Of a DNA stretch of 64,000 nt, positions 24,901 to 38,116 are shown piece by piece. Within the stretch, counting starts at the first letter, position 1. Every line of letters starts with the position of its first letter. Below the pieces are notes generated by a model. It was not told the origin of the DNA and made no database searches. It saw nothing but the letters and a program-made list of their open reading frames with translations. A program made the translations under genes and the position numbers. The stretch is taken from assembly GCA_000708835.1 (NCBI GenBank), contig DF236983.1:1-64000 (forward strand). Reading direction: 5' to 3'. The DNA is from Klebsormidium nitens (taxonomy: Eukaryota > Plantae > Klebsormidiophyceae).

Positions 24901-27900
24901 GCTTACGGCTCGTTATCCGTTAGGCGCTGTCGTCATTTAAATGCTCGCTCCAGACGTGACGGCGGGAGTGCTGAAAGTTTGTTACGGCCTAGTTCGTTGA
25001 TTTTATTGCACCGCATAAGGCCCCAATCAGGTTCGCCTAGGGACGACCTCCTTCCAGATTGTATCCTGGACATTATTTAAGCGGTCTACCAGACTTGTTG
25101 ACGACACTCTTGCGACATACCTCCAGTTCGAAACAGGCTGTTACACCGTAAGTCCGAGGAAAAAGCTTGTTCGTGAAGTCAATGGTTCTACAAGCAGAAA
25201 CGTCGTACTCTGAAAAGGAACAGTCTGCCGTTCGTACTTGCAGAGAGCGTCTCGAGTTTCTCTTTGGATCCTCCACGGACGAGGAGCTACTACAGAAGCT
25301 GCCAGCAGGAAGCGAAGGCCAAGACTCGCTGTTCGTGATCAAGGTAAACTTGTTAGTAGCAGTCCTAGGCCCGCTCGTTTTTCTGCCCAGCTGAAGGTGT
25401 AAAGCTAGAGGGTCTGCCGAAGTTGCAAATTCACCCTTTTAGCAGCTCGCTTGTCTCACCGCCCGGGCTCTTTCCACAGCGCAGAAAGCAGTTCGGAGAC
25501 TCTATCAGGCTCTGTACATTGAAGAGAAACGGATGACGAACCTGGGCCTAAGTCTCCTCTCTTAGAAGATTTTCGAAACCGGTCAGGCCAGGAGTCGACG
25601 GCCTCTCTTTTCTTTCTTACGCTCAGCCCGGAGGCGAGACCCTCCTCCACGACGGCCCGCTCAAGAAGGACGCTCTCACTGAGTTCCTCTCCGCGCACGC
25701 CATCGAGCGCCCACCAAAGGCCCCTCGCGCTGCGCCCGCAAGTGAGGACGACATCGCAATCGACGAAACGCCGTCGCGCACTGGGCACCTCACAGCGCTG
25801 AACGCGTCCGGGTTCGAGCAAGAGGTGTTCAAAGTGGAGGCTGCGTGGGTGGTCGCTTTCTTCCGGGAGCCGTGTGAGGAGCAGTATGAGCAGTGGGGGG
25901 AGGCCAGCCTGCCTCTGTCCGGACAGGTGCCCATCTGCCTGGTCAAGTTTCCTGGCCGTCAATGCTCCTTGCGCTGATGCAACCTTCCTTCTTCTGTTCC
26001 AACGTACGCGCAAGTGTCCACAGGAATTAGCATGTTGATCGCGCTCTGTGCAAGAAGTCAGCCATACTTGTTGAGCGGGAAGACAGCCACCAGAAAACTT
26101 AATCAGACCTTTAAACACTCACAATCTGAGCACTGTATTGATTAAAATCAAGCTCATGAAACGATATTGTTAGAGTTCTGGCAAGCCCAGACGCAGAGTC
26201 CTTGACCCAAGCAGTCACGGGTTTGATTTGTAAATGAGTCTTCATGCCGTGTTCGATGTTTTTTCCTGCGGGCCGTACCGATCATCAACTCTGTCTCGCT
26301 TTGTTCGCAGGTGCGCCTTGGTACCTTCAACCTTTCCGCGCATCCAGAAGGCGAAAAGTAAGCGGTTTTTTACCCGTTCTACTCTGTGACGGTTCCTGCA
26401 CCCGCTCTCTCAAGATGCTAATGTGCTTGTGTGCTTTTCATCCAGCCAGCTGGTTGCTTCGGTTGGCCGCCCTTCTACATCGTTATCCGACTTGTTAGTC
26501 AATGACCGCTTTTCTTATTTCCTTGGTGCACCTTGTTCTTCCGGGAGCGGAAAACTTTGGTCGCTCTTGGATTCGCTTCTTCGAAAGCCTGAAAGTCGTG
26601 TCGCTTTTTCAAGCCCCTCGCATTCGGCCGCAGGTTTTGGGCGGACGCGGCCTCGGGGGCGCATCTGACCGCCAAGGACTGCCTCCGAGTTTTGAGCTAC
26701 CCGTTTGGGGAGGACAAGGAGGAGGGCACTGCCGAAGTGAGCTCCATCTTTTTACTCTGAATACATTGTGTGCTTTGACCCTGGGGCCCAACATCTCAGA
26801 AGCAAACAGATTCGGCTCCCTAGCTTTGGCAACAGGCTCCAGCCATCAGTTGGAGCTGTTCTTGAACGTTAAACACCTTGAAGCCTTTCTCACTCTGCTA
26901 GACAGGATACCAATACTATGTAGCTTTCATCCTATGCCTTGACGGGTTTGATGGCCGTTAAAATCAGCCTCATCCTGGCATTGAACTTGGCTTTTCTGCT
27001 CTAAAAGGATGTCATTTATTGGACCACACGTACTTTAGTTGACACGAGAGCATGAAGAAGTCGAGCCCTAAAGCTACCTTGCGGATCCTGCCGTTCATCC
27101 GCACAAAAGTAGCCGTCACAGGAAAGGGAACCAAGATTGGCCCACTTTTTTGCTGCGCAGCTGTACGAGGGGCCTCTGGAGGGCAAGGCGCTGTACAAGT
27201 TTGGGCTGGACAGCGTGCCCGATTTTGTGACGCCACTGGAGTCCAACGAGGCCCTGGACGTGTTCTTGTCGCGGGAGCAGTGGAAACCAAAGGTGCGCCC
27301 TGCAGTTAGGATTGAGAACGTCCGTTCGCAGGATGATGAACGGCTGAATTCGTGCAGACTCACGTATCTCTTTCTTTCTTATCGAAAATAAGTCGACTGT
27401 GTGCGCAACAATGTCCCCTCCAGAGCACGGCATACACAACTGACGGAACCATGGGGCGTCGCAGATGTTGCTCTTCACTGCCAAGAAGGAGACCCCGGAC
27501 ATGTGGCGAGCGCTCGCTGCGCGTTTCCGAAACGCGATAGGCTTCGCTTTGGTAAGTTGCGGAACGGTTGCCGGCGTTGCATGACAGGGTTTCATAAGAG
27601 GGAGATTGTCAAGCAACGACGATCACGTTAGGCCCGTTCTCAAGCGGGTTGCCGGACGTGGTTCTCGCAAGTGCAAAACAGAAGAAAACCGACAGTGGCT
27701 TGTCTCAGTAGCGAGTGCTCTTGAACACGGAAGAGTCTCAGCAGCTCGAAAGCGGCGTTTGAAACAGTAGCCTAATAACGCCATTTGGATTCTGCTGAAC
27801 GCATTCAAGGATTGGCCAGCTCGTTCAGGCAGATTCATCCTGACGGTCCACCTTTCTGGGCGCCCTTGCAGGTCCATGAAGATGACTCTGAACTCTTGGA

Positions 27901-30900
27901 GCGGCTGCGCATCACCAAGGTTCCGAAGGTGGGGTCCAAGCTCAGGCTGTCCGGTTTCCTCCGTTTTCTCGTTCCGCAACCTCCCGCGATTGCTTCTTCA
28001 AACAAGAGAGAGGAAGGATCTTTTCAGTTTATTACCGAAGCCGAGCTTTCGATATGACCACCTTTTAAGCGGCGTCGCAAGCAGCGTTGGTCGCGCAGCG
28101 GCCCATCTGAAATTTTGTCGAAGACGCCGTCAGCTCCTACGAGGAACGATTGGCGAGCACCAAGACGTTCAGGCCCTTCACTTCCAGAAGCGGAATGAAC
28201 GAAGATTGGCCATGTCTGATCCTTCATCTCAGATTACACTGGAATTAGAGAGCAGAGATTGCACCACCTTCACTCACGTTTCCTTCCCATTCCGGTTCAG
28301 GTGTTGACCATCTTCGCCCAGCCGAGCGAAGAGTCAGGCGAGCTTGGACTCTCCATCCAGCCCTTTCCCCGGGCTCTTAAGCACAGCAACCTAGCTATGT
28401 GGTGCCACCAGGTCAGTCGTTTGAATCAGAATGCTGAGCCCTAAACAGATACCCGTGGGGTTGCAGCTTCTGCTTCTTTCGTGATGGTCTCAGTCCTGCT
28501 TGACTGTGGCACCGCTTCTGCCCTCCTTGTCTCATGTGAACAAGTTCCTAGATAGCGAGTCTCTCATACTGAATTCGAATCCTATATCTTTTAAATGCAA
28601 CAGATGTTCGTATGTTCTTGATAAGATTGTTTGCGGAGCGTGATTGGGTATCTTTACTTTAAATCATCCTTGCCACTTCCTTTTGACATTCTCTCTCCTC
28701 CTGTCAATTCGCAAGGAGCGTCGCTGGTTGACCATACGAGTTGTTGCCTTAGAGAAGAAGCCGAGTGGGGGCAAGAAGAAAGGGCGACTGAATGAAAAGC
28801 TTATTCGACATCACCAAACGTGGAGTCTGCCTTGTGCTGCAGATCTCAGCTACTCTGGAGGCGACGAGAAGAAAGGGCGGTGCCGGCGCGCTTTCTGTAC
28901 GTCAATTGACGAGCGACGAGGATTTCCAGCAGCAATGCGTGGACAAGGGGTAAGAAGTGGGAACCTTAAGGTTCCTGCCATCCATCAGATGAGTTACGGA
29001 ACTGACTGTTATGCGAAGAGCGAAAAATAGAAGGACATTTTCTGATCCTTCTTGTCCTAGCTACTAATCGGGAGTGTCAAACATAGAAGCATGTGTTTAG
29101 GCTGGGGCTTGTGTGCTGCACGAATTCAATCTGTAAAGTTGACCAGCTGTGGTGGTCGCAATCTGCTGCAAAGCCTAGGCTGTGCGTTCGACGTGCTCAA
29201 AGGAAAGCACAATATCGTCATAAGAATCTGCAGAACCCAGGTGCAAGGCAGTTGGGCTGCTTGAAGTCGGCCTCTCAAAAAGGAAAAGCTCTTGACGTTT
29301 GTGCGTTTACCTTTCAGCCTTCACTTTGGGATTATCTGCTCTCAGCTCGGCACGGAACGCGGCAACTGTTTACGTTGAAGCGCCTGAACGCTTTATGAAC
29401 GTGCACCGCTCTTGTCGAATTACTACTGTTGTGACGTTGATCAGACTCGGCTTAACAACATATGACCTTTTACTATGAACCTGACGGTATGGACCAGCGA
29501 AGTTCCGCATATTTACAATTTCACGACTCTCCCGGTATCATACTTCTTCCAACCTTGCCACGAGAAACGCTAGATCAATCTCGTCCCTCTTTGGCAGCAT
29601 CTGCATCGTCGGTCTGTTGGACGGCTCCCAGGGGGATCCCTCCGGCCAAGTCGACACGCTCAAACAAGTTGCGCAGCTCAACCCGCTGGGGCCCGTCAGC
29701 TACGCCTGGGTTGACGTCACCTCCGCGCCCGGGTTCGCATACCAGTTGGGACTGTCGCGGTCAGACGCGCCGACGGTGGTGCTCCTGAACGCGAAAAAGA
29801 TGCGGTACGCGCGGCTGGAGGGGGCGTTCAACGTGCGGACGCTGACAGCGTTTGCGGACGGCGTGGTGTCCGGGAAGATTGGGGTGTCCAAGCTCGACGT
29901 GAGTGCGCGCTCTCCATCTTTTATACGCTGAGCGTCTGGCGGGCAAATATTGAGGGCGATGTTCTATGGGCTTAGGGTTTCTGCTTACGTGGTATTTAGG
30001 AGCTTAGACCCTTTGGGTACCGTTGGTGTCTGGCTGTCGCGCTGCAACAGTTACCTTGGCTCGCACGGCACGTCTGGTTTAGATTAGGAAGGCAGGTATC
30101 CTTTATGAAGCTGATGCTTTCCTTGCAGCTTGACGAGCTAGGGCAAGTCCGTCATTGTTTTCTGTTTCTTTCGGTTCGGATTTACAAAGCCTTGCCCTCT
30201 GCGGTTGCCGTTAAATCCGTCATAATGGTGTTGCAATCGACCTTAATCAGTAGCCAAGGTAATTGCTAAATGCGTCGTGGATCTTTCAGATCCGTTGTCC
30301 AGATTGCTCACCTAGAAATTCCTGGTCACGCAATCTGCTCCTTCGCAGGCGCTGCCGACGTTTGCTGCTGCGCCCCCTGAGGACGAAGACGTCTCTGTCG
30401 AAGAGGTGGAGGAGGTAAGACTCCCATTACCGGCTACAGTCGAACGACGAGTGTCCTTTGCGTCACTTATTAGATGCAAATTTCAGAACAGTCTGCCGCT
30501 TCTGCGGTTCATAATTTATTAGAGATCAACAGCACAGCGTTACGCTAGTAGCTGGCCTGTCTAGACAGTTTGGTACAATAGTTTCTGGCTACCACAGACC
30601 CGGACAAAGTTGGTCAGAGCTCTCACTAACTTGAGTGCCAAGCACGTTGTCGGGAGAAAGCCGTAGAGCAAGCCTCAAAGTTCGTCAGAAAAGCACTCTA
30701 CCTCTGAATCTGACGGTCAATGTGGGACCCAAACGACTAGATTTGTCTTACTTCATGCTGGACCCGTGTATCAGTCTGTCGGACTTGTTGATGGTTGATT
30801 CTTACTTCAGTCTACTGCGAAGTCCGCTTCAGAGATCTATATGCGGCAAAACGCACAGTGCTCTACTTTGACGCCAGTACCTTTTGCATCAAGACGGTCA

Positions 30901-31443
30901 GAACGAACTACTTTGGTACAAAATCCAGGGCGTTCGTTGGTGACAGATAGCTTCTATTCCTCCAGGAATTCAATCTGGAAGAAATCATGAAGGAGGAGGT
31001 GGACGCCGGCGATGCGAAATCGCGTCAGGAAAAGCTTGCCGAGGTGAGGCAGCCGTCACTTTCATTTTGGCAGTTTCGTTTGGGGTTAGTTGGAGGCTTC
31101 TATGTTATGATTCCCGACTCATTTTGTACCTTTGTTTCAAAGTGCCTGAACGACGGAAGATGCTTTTGGTATTGGCCTGGGGTAGATGTTCCTAAATGTA
31201 CTTTCCGTAGTCGCTTTTTTGGCGAAAAGGAGTCAGGTGAGGGTCAAAATAACGTCACGGCGCCAAGGAGCTTGATGAAGTGGTTGCTCCGGGGTGCAGC
31301 TCGAGAAGCAATTGAAGGACGAAGCAGCGGCTCTTCTTCTGGAGAAGGAGAAGGCCGCAAAGACCGGCACGACAGGACCCTCAAAAAAGAAGAAGAAAAA
31401 GAAGAAGGCAGCTAGTAAAGGGCAAAATCGAGCGGAGCTTTGA
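21921..31443 (+). CDS. Multi-thioredoxin-fold PDI-like ER protein (signal peptide, CxxC a-type domain, several redox-inactive Trx-like domains, P5-like C-terminal b domain, C-terminal RAEL)
   Basis: Exons include 21921-22024 (MEGRRSLRIALLCIASLCMQFSMA signal peptide), 22475-22544, 22902-22940 (VNFFADDCDNCIL), 23252-23302, about 25629-25927 (AWVVAFFREPC), about 27466-27550 (MLLFTAKKETPDMWRALAARF), about 29598-29899 (VLLNAKKMRYARLEGAF) and a last exon ending KKKKKKKKAASKGQNRAEL-TGA at 31443. Not all internal exons were resolved. Confidence 0.8.
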
Positions 31444-33523
31444 AACTGTAAGAGGACGGCATGCACCCGCAAGCCTCCTTTGCGAACAGATTGAATGGGA
31501 GTGCGTTAAGTATGGTCAAGAGAGAATCAGTACTTCAAGTCGTCCAAGTCGTTCCATCGGGTTGGTAGGCTCGTTTGCATGTCTTGAAAATTTAAGCACA
31601 TTCATCAACTCAAGATTGGCATTGTGGCGCACATGCTGCTGGATGTTGTATGCCAACTTCAGGTTTTTCGAAACAGAAGGGGCGATAGGACAATTCTGGC
31701 ACGAGGAGCAAAGCACGCGCCTTTGTATCCTCTCAATTCGTGATCCTTCTTTGTCATGAATCCTTGCATTGCTTTTTTGGATCTCTGTTTGCACGCATGT
31801 TCCGATCACGCCTCCTCAACTCAATGACATCGTGCACACGCTTACACTGTACACGGTGTAAGTAGGTTATGATGCCGCAAGCCTGCCGCGCAGAATTATT
31901 CTCAGCCCATCGAACGTCATCAATGTAAACGGCAACGAGATCTAAGTGCAAGTGCCATCATGCAATATCATGATTGGCTCGATGCGGTCCTTAATTTGCG
32001 GGTGAAGGAGCTCAATTTTCGAAGCCGGCAATCGCGGCATGCAAGATCATTGGTCGATTGAGTACAATAAACTACGATGAACCAACGGCACGAGTATAAG
32101 AAGAAGATCGCAAGTGACCGCTCAAGTCCTGAGGAGCGACTCAGTACCTAGGCTAGCGGGAGTTCGTTGCCTGACCTCGGCGCGGCGCTGAGTGGCCCGC
32201 GGCCGCGCGCCAGCCGGATCGCGGCGGCCAGCCTGAGATCTTATCCAGATCCTCATCTGGATCCGTCGATGTCACCCAAAGCAGGAAGGTTCTAAACGCT
32301 GACCTGGACGCAGGTCGGTACCACGTTGGATTTTCGGGACGGTAACTCTACCCTAACAGATTTGTGCCTTAAGTAAGACTGGCGCCCGGGGTAATGGTGT
32401 GGTTAAATTGTTGGTTAGGTTGAGTCGGGCTGCGAACCGCAGATATTCTTGGGTTATGAAAGATCGGGTTGTTACATTGTTTCTTTGCTCGGGCTCTACG
32501 TCACTGCTCACAAAAGTTAACAAAACGTTACCAGTATCCACTCCGACGCACACCGTACCGCTACTGGTAACTTGCGTGCTCATGATTACGGGGTGGGGCA
32601 GCGGGCCCGGGCCCTCGACCCGGGCGCCAGACAATCAGGACTTACCGGCTGGTACCTGATCAACCGGGCTGCTTCCGAGACGGGCTTATGGGTGACGCGG
32701 AGGATCCTGGCACCTGCTCATGGGATTCTTGGCCAATCTGAGCCCCGAGTTATCAACCAATCAGAATCTGACTCTTGTCAGGATGCGTTTATGCTGATGA
32801 ATGGATAGATATGAGCTTGCATCTTCTTTGTATTCAACCTCGTAATCCTGAATCAGCCGGCTGAGTACTTGACATAATATGTTTCCCAGGCATCCACTAG
32901 CGTCTACATGGACGCTTGTGCCAAACAACCTTCCATAAAATGCGTCCCACGAAAAAGACATATCCGAAGGATTGTGGTCGTAAGTCCTTGCGCGTGACTG
33001 ATTCGAGAGGGCAGACGAGCTGACGTCACTGTCAGGGAAAGCTTTGATCCAGAGTCCAGACTCCAGACATCTCTGCCATCTCTCTATCCTACCACACTGG
33101 TTCCATGGCTCCGTGTTTCATGATGGTGTAGGTAGCCTGAAGGGCTTGCGACAGTTGCTAGAAGAGCCAACACATGGTGCATTCGAAGGCGTTCGCAAGC
33201 ATGGGCCATGCTTTGGAGCGATAGGATAATAAAGTGCGCTTTTTGAGATGCAAATCGGAGAGCTCGTGGCCAGCTGCGGGCTACCAGAATCCGTTCCAGG
33301 CATCCAGGATTCATTGTTGAAAGGCCGCCGGCCCAGCAGCTGTCTGAGCTTTGCCTGTTCTTGACGGCACCTCAACAGTCCAAATCAAGGCTGGTTGTCT
33401 GGAAAGTCGGTGCCAGAGAGTGCAAACAGACACTGGTCGGTTGGGCCATGCACTGTTCTGGCCCGCTCTTTGCTGCGGCAGAAACCTCAGACTTTGGGAG
33501 GAGTTTCTAAAGAGTCAGGCACC

Positions 33524-36500
33524 ATGTTGAACTTGAAGGCCTTGGCACCTGGGCCGTCCCCAACCCGGACAGCTTTGCAGGAGCGCTTGGCATCGTCCAG
33601 TTTGTGCGAGACAACGGGCAGTGTCCGAAAAACTGGCTTCACATCGTTGGAGGCACATCTGAAGCCTAGAGTGCCCTGTGAACCGGGGACAGCCTGTCGG
33701 TGCAGTAGGTTTGTACAGCAGGTCATACAGAGTGAAACAGCAGAGAGGGGGGGGAGGATGAGCAGCGGGACTCCTCCCCCATACAGGATTAGGGCAAAGA
33801 GCAGGGGAGTGTACCATGAGGAGAAGTTGTCGAACAACACAATACATTTTTCGCCCTTGCCGGGCTCAGGGCCGCAGGTTTTGAGTAGAGAACCACTTGT
33901 ACAAAATGTGAGCCCCTGAGTTCCTGATCGTATCTCTTTACGCCAGCGTCTCAATTTTGAACTTGACCTGTGGTAGCCTCAAACGAGGTTTGGCTCCCAA
34001 GGTTTTTGATTTCTATTCTATCATAGTTGTCCTTCAGATTGAGGGCCCGTCCAGCCTTGACAATGAAGGAATGCAGCTTATATGGTGTAGCAGTGGAGTA
34101 AATATGCACTACATGGAGACAATTGAGGGTTTCTACAGATAGCGTTTCTTGAGTCCTCGGTCTTGCCAATGCAAGGCAAGTCGGATGTAGCCAGCCTCTG
34201 ATTACTTGTGAGCAGCTTGGATTCACCGCGCAATGCCTGCAAATAGAGGCGAGTGTGTGATCTGGCAGGAAGAGGAGACAGTTTCCGAAGCTAATCTATT
34301 CACCGGTTCTGTCTGAAGGTTGAGCTTCTGAGAGGGTAGGCTTCTGAGAGGGTCTTGAATTGGACATTGTCCTTTATTTGAAGGGGAGAGCATCTGGAAA
34401 ACCTGGCAGAATCAACGTCTGCGCCGTGTCATCTCAAGTGGCAGAGTGTATGGTACCACAGTGAATTGGGTATCAGCTTTATCTCGAACGACCTGTGTAG
34501 ATATTGCAATGGTCATGCACTCCGGCTGTGTAACTTGATCTGTTCAACTTGATCCGTTCATCGTGGCAGCAAGTAAAACCAGACTCTATGGTGGTTTTCC
34601 ATTCAAGTTCTCACACTGATCTTTCTTTTCTGCAGCATGTTCCAATATACGTCATGCTACCTCTTGACACCGTCACTATTGTGAACACACTCAATCATGT
34701 GAAGGCCCTCAATGCGGGACTGCGTGCTTTGAAAAGCATTGGGGTTGCCGGCGTTATGGTCGATGTCTGGGTAAGCCTTCTGTTTTCTTTTCTATTCGCC
34801 CTTTTCTTTTGCTGGCGTCACTGTTCGAATTGCTCCTTATCTGCTCTTAGCTGCATTAGAAGCAGACTCATTTCCTGGCAGCATTCGATTTGGACTTGGA
34901 GCACATTTCTGGCAGTTCATCTTGGTGGCATGCAAATGTGAGGAGAAATCCTCAGCTGATCATTATAAGCCACGCAGTGCTCCAGATTGTTTGGCCCTTT
35001 GCAAAGAATATCCTCATCGTGCGTGCATACAAGAAGTATTGATTTCGCTCTTCAAATTTGGAGATGTTTGCAATGTTCTGGTTTGGCAATGCTGGTCCAT
35101 TGTGGCGGACTGGTAGTGAAAGTTGGATCACTAGGGTTTGTCTGATCCCCTGGGTTCTGCTCTTCTCCCTGCTCAGCTGGATAGTGTATGCTTGGATATC
35201 ACTCAACTCAAAGGGCATGGCGTTGAGCGGAACCGGTACTTGTTGTCATCAAGGAAAGTGGTTGCCCCCCGGCAGATCCTACTAACGCTAATCACCTTGT
35301 GGCAGCGCTAGTACATCCTTGTCCTTGTTCACATGTCCATCTTCATTGTTCGTCTAGACCAGTTAACAAGTCAGTCATTGTCTGGAGCTACCTTTACTTT
35401 GGGAGCACTTGCAGAAGGCGATATATCTCCCAGGCAGCCCCCTGCAGAGCCTTCCTCTCCCTTTTCAGAGACAAGTCTGCCAGGATGGCCTCTCTACCAA
35501 TCAAGTCACTTATGTGATTGGTGAAGTGACCATCGTGCAGGACACAGAAGTCATGTGCACTGCAGCCTTTGCAGGACACTCTCAAGCCAAGATTAGCCCA
35601 GTCTCTCACACCAAATCTGGTTCCTTAACATTGTTGGCATTGTGCTTTCTGCAGTGGGGCATCGTGGAGGCGGACGGACCACGGCAGTACGACTGGTCAG
35701 CGTACATGGCGCTCATCAAGATGGTCCATTCCATGGGGCTCAAGGTCCAGGCAGTGATGTCATTCCACGCATGCGGCGGGAATGTTGGGGACTCGTGTCT
35801 AGTTAGCCTGCCCTACTGGGTGCTCCAGGTACAGCAAATCTCTCCTTTTGCTGAGCAGCCTGATTACTTATTCAGATTTATATCTAGATGCATTGCTGAA
35901 GATGAATTGCTCGAGACAAGAGAAACAGCCACCGAGGCCCTTCTGTTGCACATGACTCACGTCATGGTGTTGTGCTGCCTTCCATTGTTACCACTACGTT
36001 GGTTACTTTTGGCATGATTGAACAGTGCCTTAATTTCCAACTTTGCATTTTGCAGCAGATCAATCTACTGCACACTGCTTCTCGTAATAGGGGCCTCATT
36101 GTCATATCCACGTAAAGGAAAATGCTGCCAATCGGTTGAGGATCTCACATGGAGCTTCAGCCTCTGGGCAAAGCGCAACCTGACACCTTCTGGTTGACTG
36201 CATTTTATCAAGATCTTGACAGTGGCGCGTTATGCATGCACCGTTAGCTTCTTGGCATCTTTGTGTCCACAAAAGTGGACCTACTCTGATTCCTTCGTCT
36301 TTCTTCCTTTTGCAGGAGGCAGAGAAAAATCCAGAGGTTTTGTACACTGACCAGAATGGGAACCGCAACGGGGAGTACCTGTCGCTCGGGGTGGACTGCC
36401 TGCCGCTGTTTGAGGGGCGCAGCCCGGTTCAGATCTACCACGACTTCATGGAGAGCTTTCGGGACACCTTCCACCAGTACCTTGGGGACTGCATCGTGGT

Positions 36501-38116
36501 ACGGTTCTATCTGCCAGGTCTCTGTATGGTCCATGTGTGCCTTGTTGTGTTTCCAAGTGGGAGTGGAACAAAGAATGTCCACTCTGCGGCCCTGCGTTTA
36601 AGCTCTTGGCCCCCAAACCTGGAATTGCAATCGTCCTCCCGTACTTCTAATCCCAGTGTGCAGTCTTCTGCCCTCTGCCTACTCTGGATCATGTATCAGG
36701 TCTGTTTCCGAGTCTCAGGCTGTTCCTAATTCAGGTTCACGATTTTCGTCCATCTTATGGTCCATCAGTGCAAAGCAGAGCGATCATCTCAAGTCGCCGT
36801 AGGACATCTGTGAGGTTGAGACGAAGCTTGCATTTGAATCGCCTGGTGTTTATGGACCGCGGCAGGGGTTCTATCCTATGCCATCTATCTGTTCAACAGC
36901 CCTCTGTCCTGGCCTTCAAGCATTTTGCTTCAGAAGCAAGACGCTGACACTCCAAGCTCGTGCGGCCCCGTATCAGGTCATTTCAGTCGTATGTTTTCCA
37001 AGTTTGCAAGATAGGCAGGGGACTGCGATCGATTCATCTACCATTTGAATAAACAGAAGCACCAGTTTGATCCACTTCTCCTTTTGAGTGAGTCAGACAG
37101 CGAAAGACCGCCCCATGTTATTACAGACTCAGTAAAAGCTACTGCATATGAGACCTGAGTTGACCTCGTTTTCTTCCACTCAAAAACAGGAAGTTGCCGT
37201 GGGCATGGGGCCCGCGGGCGAGCTGCGCTACCCGTCGTACCCGGAAGGCGACGGCCGGTGGCGCTTCCCCGGCATCGGCGAATTCCAGTGCTACGACAAG
37301 TACATGATGGCCAATCTGCGGGCGTGCGCGGCAGCAGTCGGGCGGCCCGAGTGGGGCCTGCGGGGCCCGCACAACTCCGGGAACTACAACAACTGGCCGG
37401 ACGAGACGGGGTTCTTCAACCAGCACAGCGGGGCGTATATGAACGAGTACGGGGACTTTTTCCTGTCGTGGTACGCAGAGAATCTTGCGGCGCACGGGGA
37501 TAGGGTTTTGGGGGCGGCCGCGGCGGTGTTTCAGGGGACGGGGGTCGTTTTGGCGGGGAAATTGGCGGGGGTGCATTGGTGGAACCGGCACCCGTCGCAT
37601 GCGGCAGAGCTCACGGCGGGGTACTACAGCTGTCGGGGGAAGAACCTGGTCCGGAAGGAGGGGTACGAGCGGATCGTGCGCGTGTTCGCGAAGCACGAGG
37701 CGGTGCTCAACTTCACTTGCGTCGAGATGGCCGACAACGAGCAGCCGCCCGAGGCGATGTGCAGCCCCGAGCGGCTTCTGCTGAAGGTGCGGCAAACGGC
37801 GGCGCGGTACGGGGTTCCGGTTTCGGGGGAGAACGCGTTGCCGCGGTACGACTTGTCGGCGCACCGGATGATCAAGCACAACGTGCACAGGAAGGATATG
37901 CGGAACCTGCCGCGGATGGTTGCGTTTACGTTCTTGCGAATGGGGGAGAGCTTGTTCCAGACGGATCATTGGCGGCTGTTTGTCGAGTTTGTGCGAAACA
38001 TGGACAAGAGGGAGTTGTTGGAAGACCCGAAAAAGCCCCGAAAGGAGGGGCAGCATGGGGTGCCGCACAGTGTGGACGTTCGCAAGAATACCCAAGTGCT
38101 GCAAATGCAATTGTAG
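33524..38116 (+). CDS. BAM: Beta-amylase (GH14) with a long N-terminal extension
   Basis: Core exons 34636-34770 ([18 protein letters not shown]), 35655-35828 ([17 protein letters not shown]), 36316-36498, 37190-38116 ([25 protein letters not shown]; both catalytic Glu motifs present). The 5' exons 33524-33907 and 34384-34452 are inferred from phase-0 splice sites and are less certain. Confidence 0.92.

Noticed and set aside
32353-33375. Series of same-frame minus-strand ORFs suggesting a decayed long gene
   Set aside because: All three frames look equally protein-like with several stops and no recognisable motif; cannot be supported as a pseudogene.
33487-33954. Minus-strand ORF with [12 protein letters not shown]...VPLLILPP, superficially like a pogo/Tc5 DDE_1 transposase segment
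   Set aside because: The expected H..QPLD motif does not follow, no TIRs were found, and the opposite strand is better explained as beta-amylase exon 1 with an in-phase donor at 33907.
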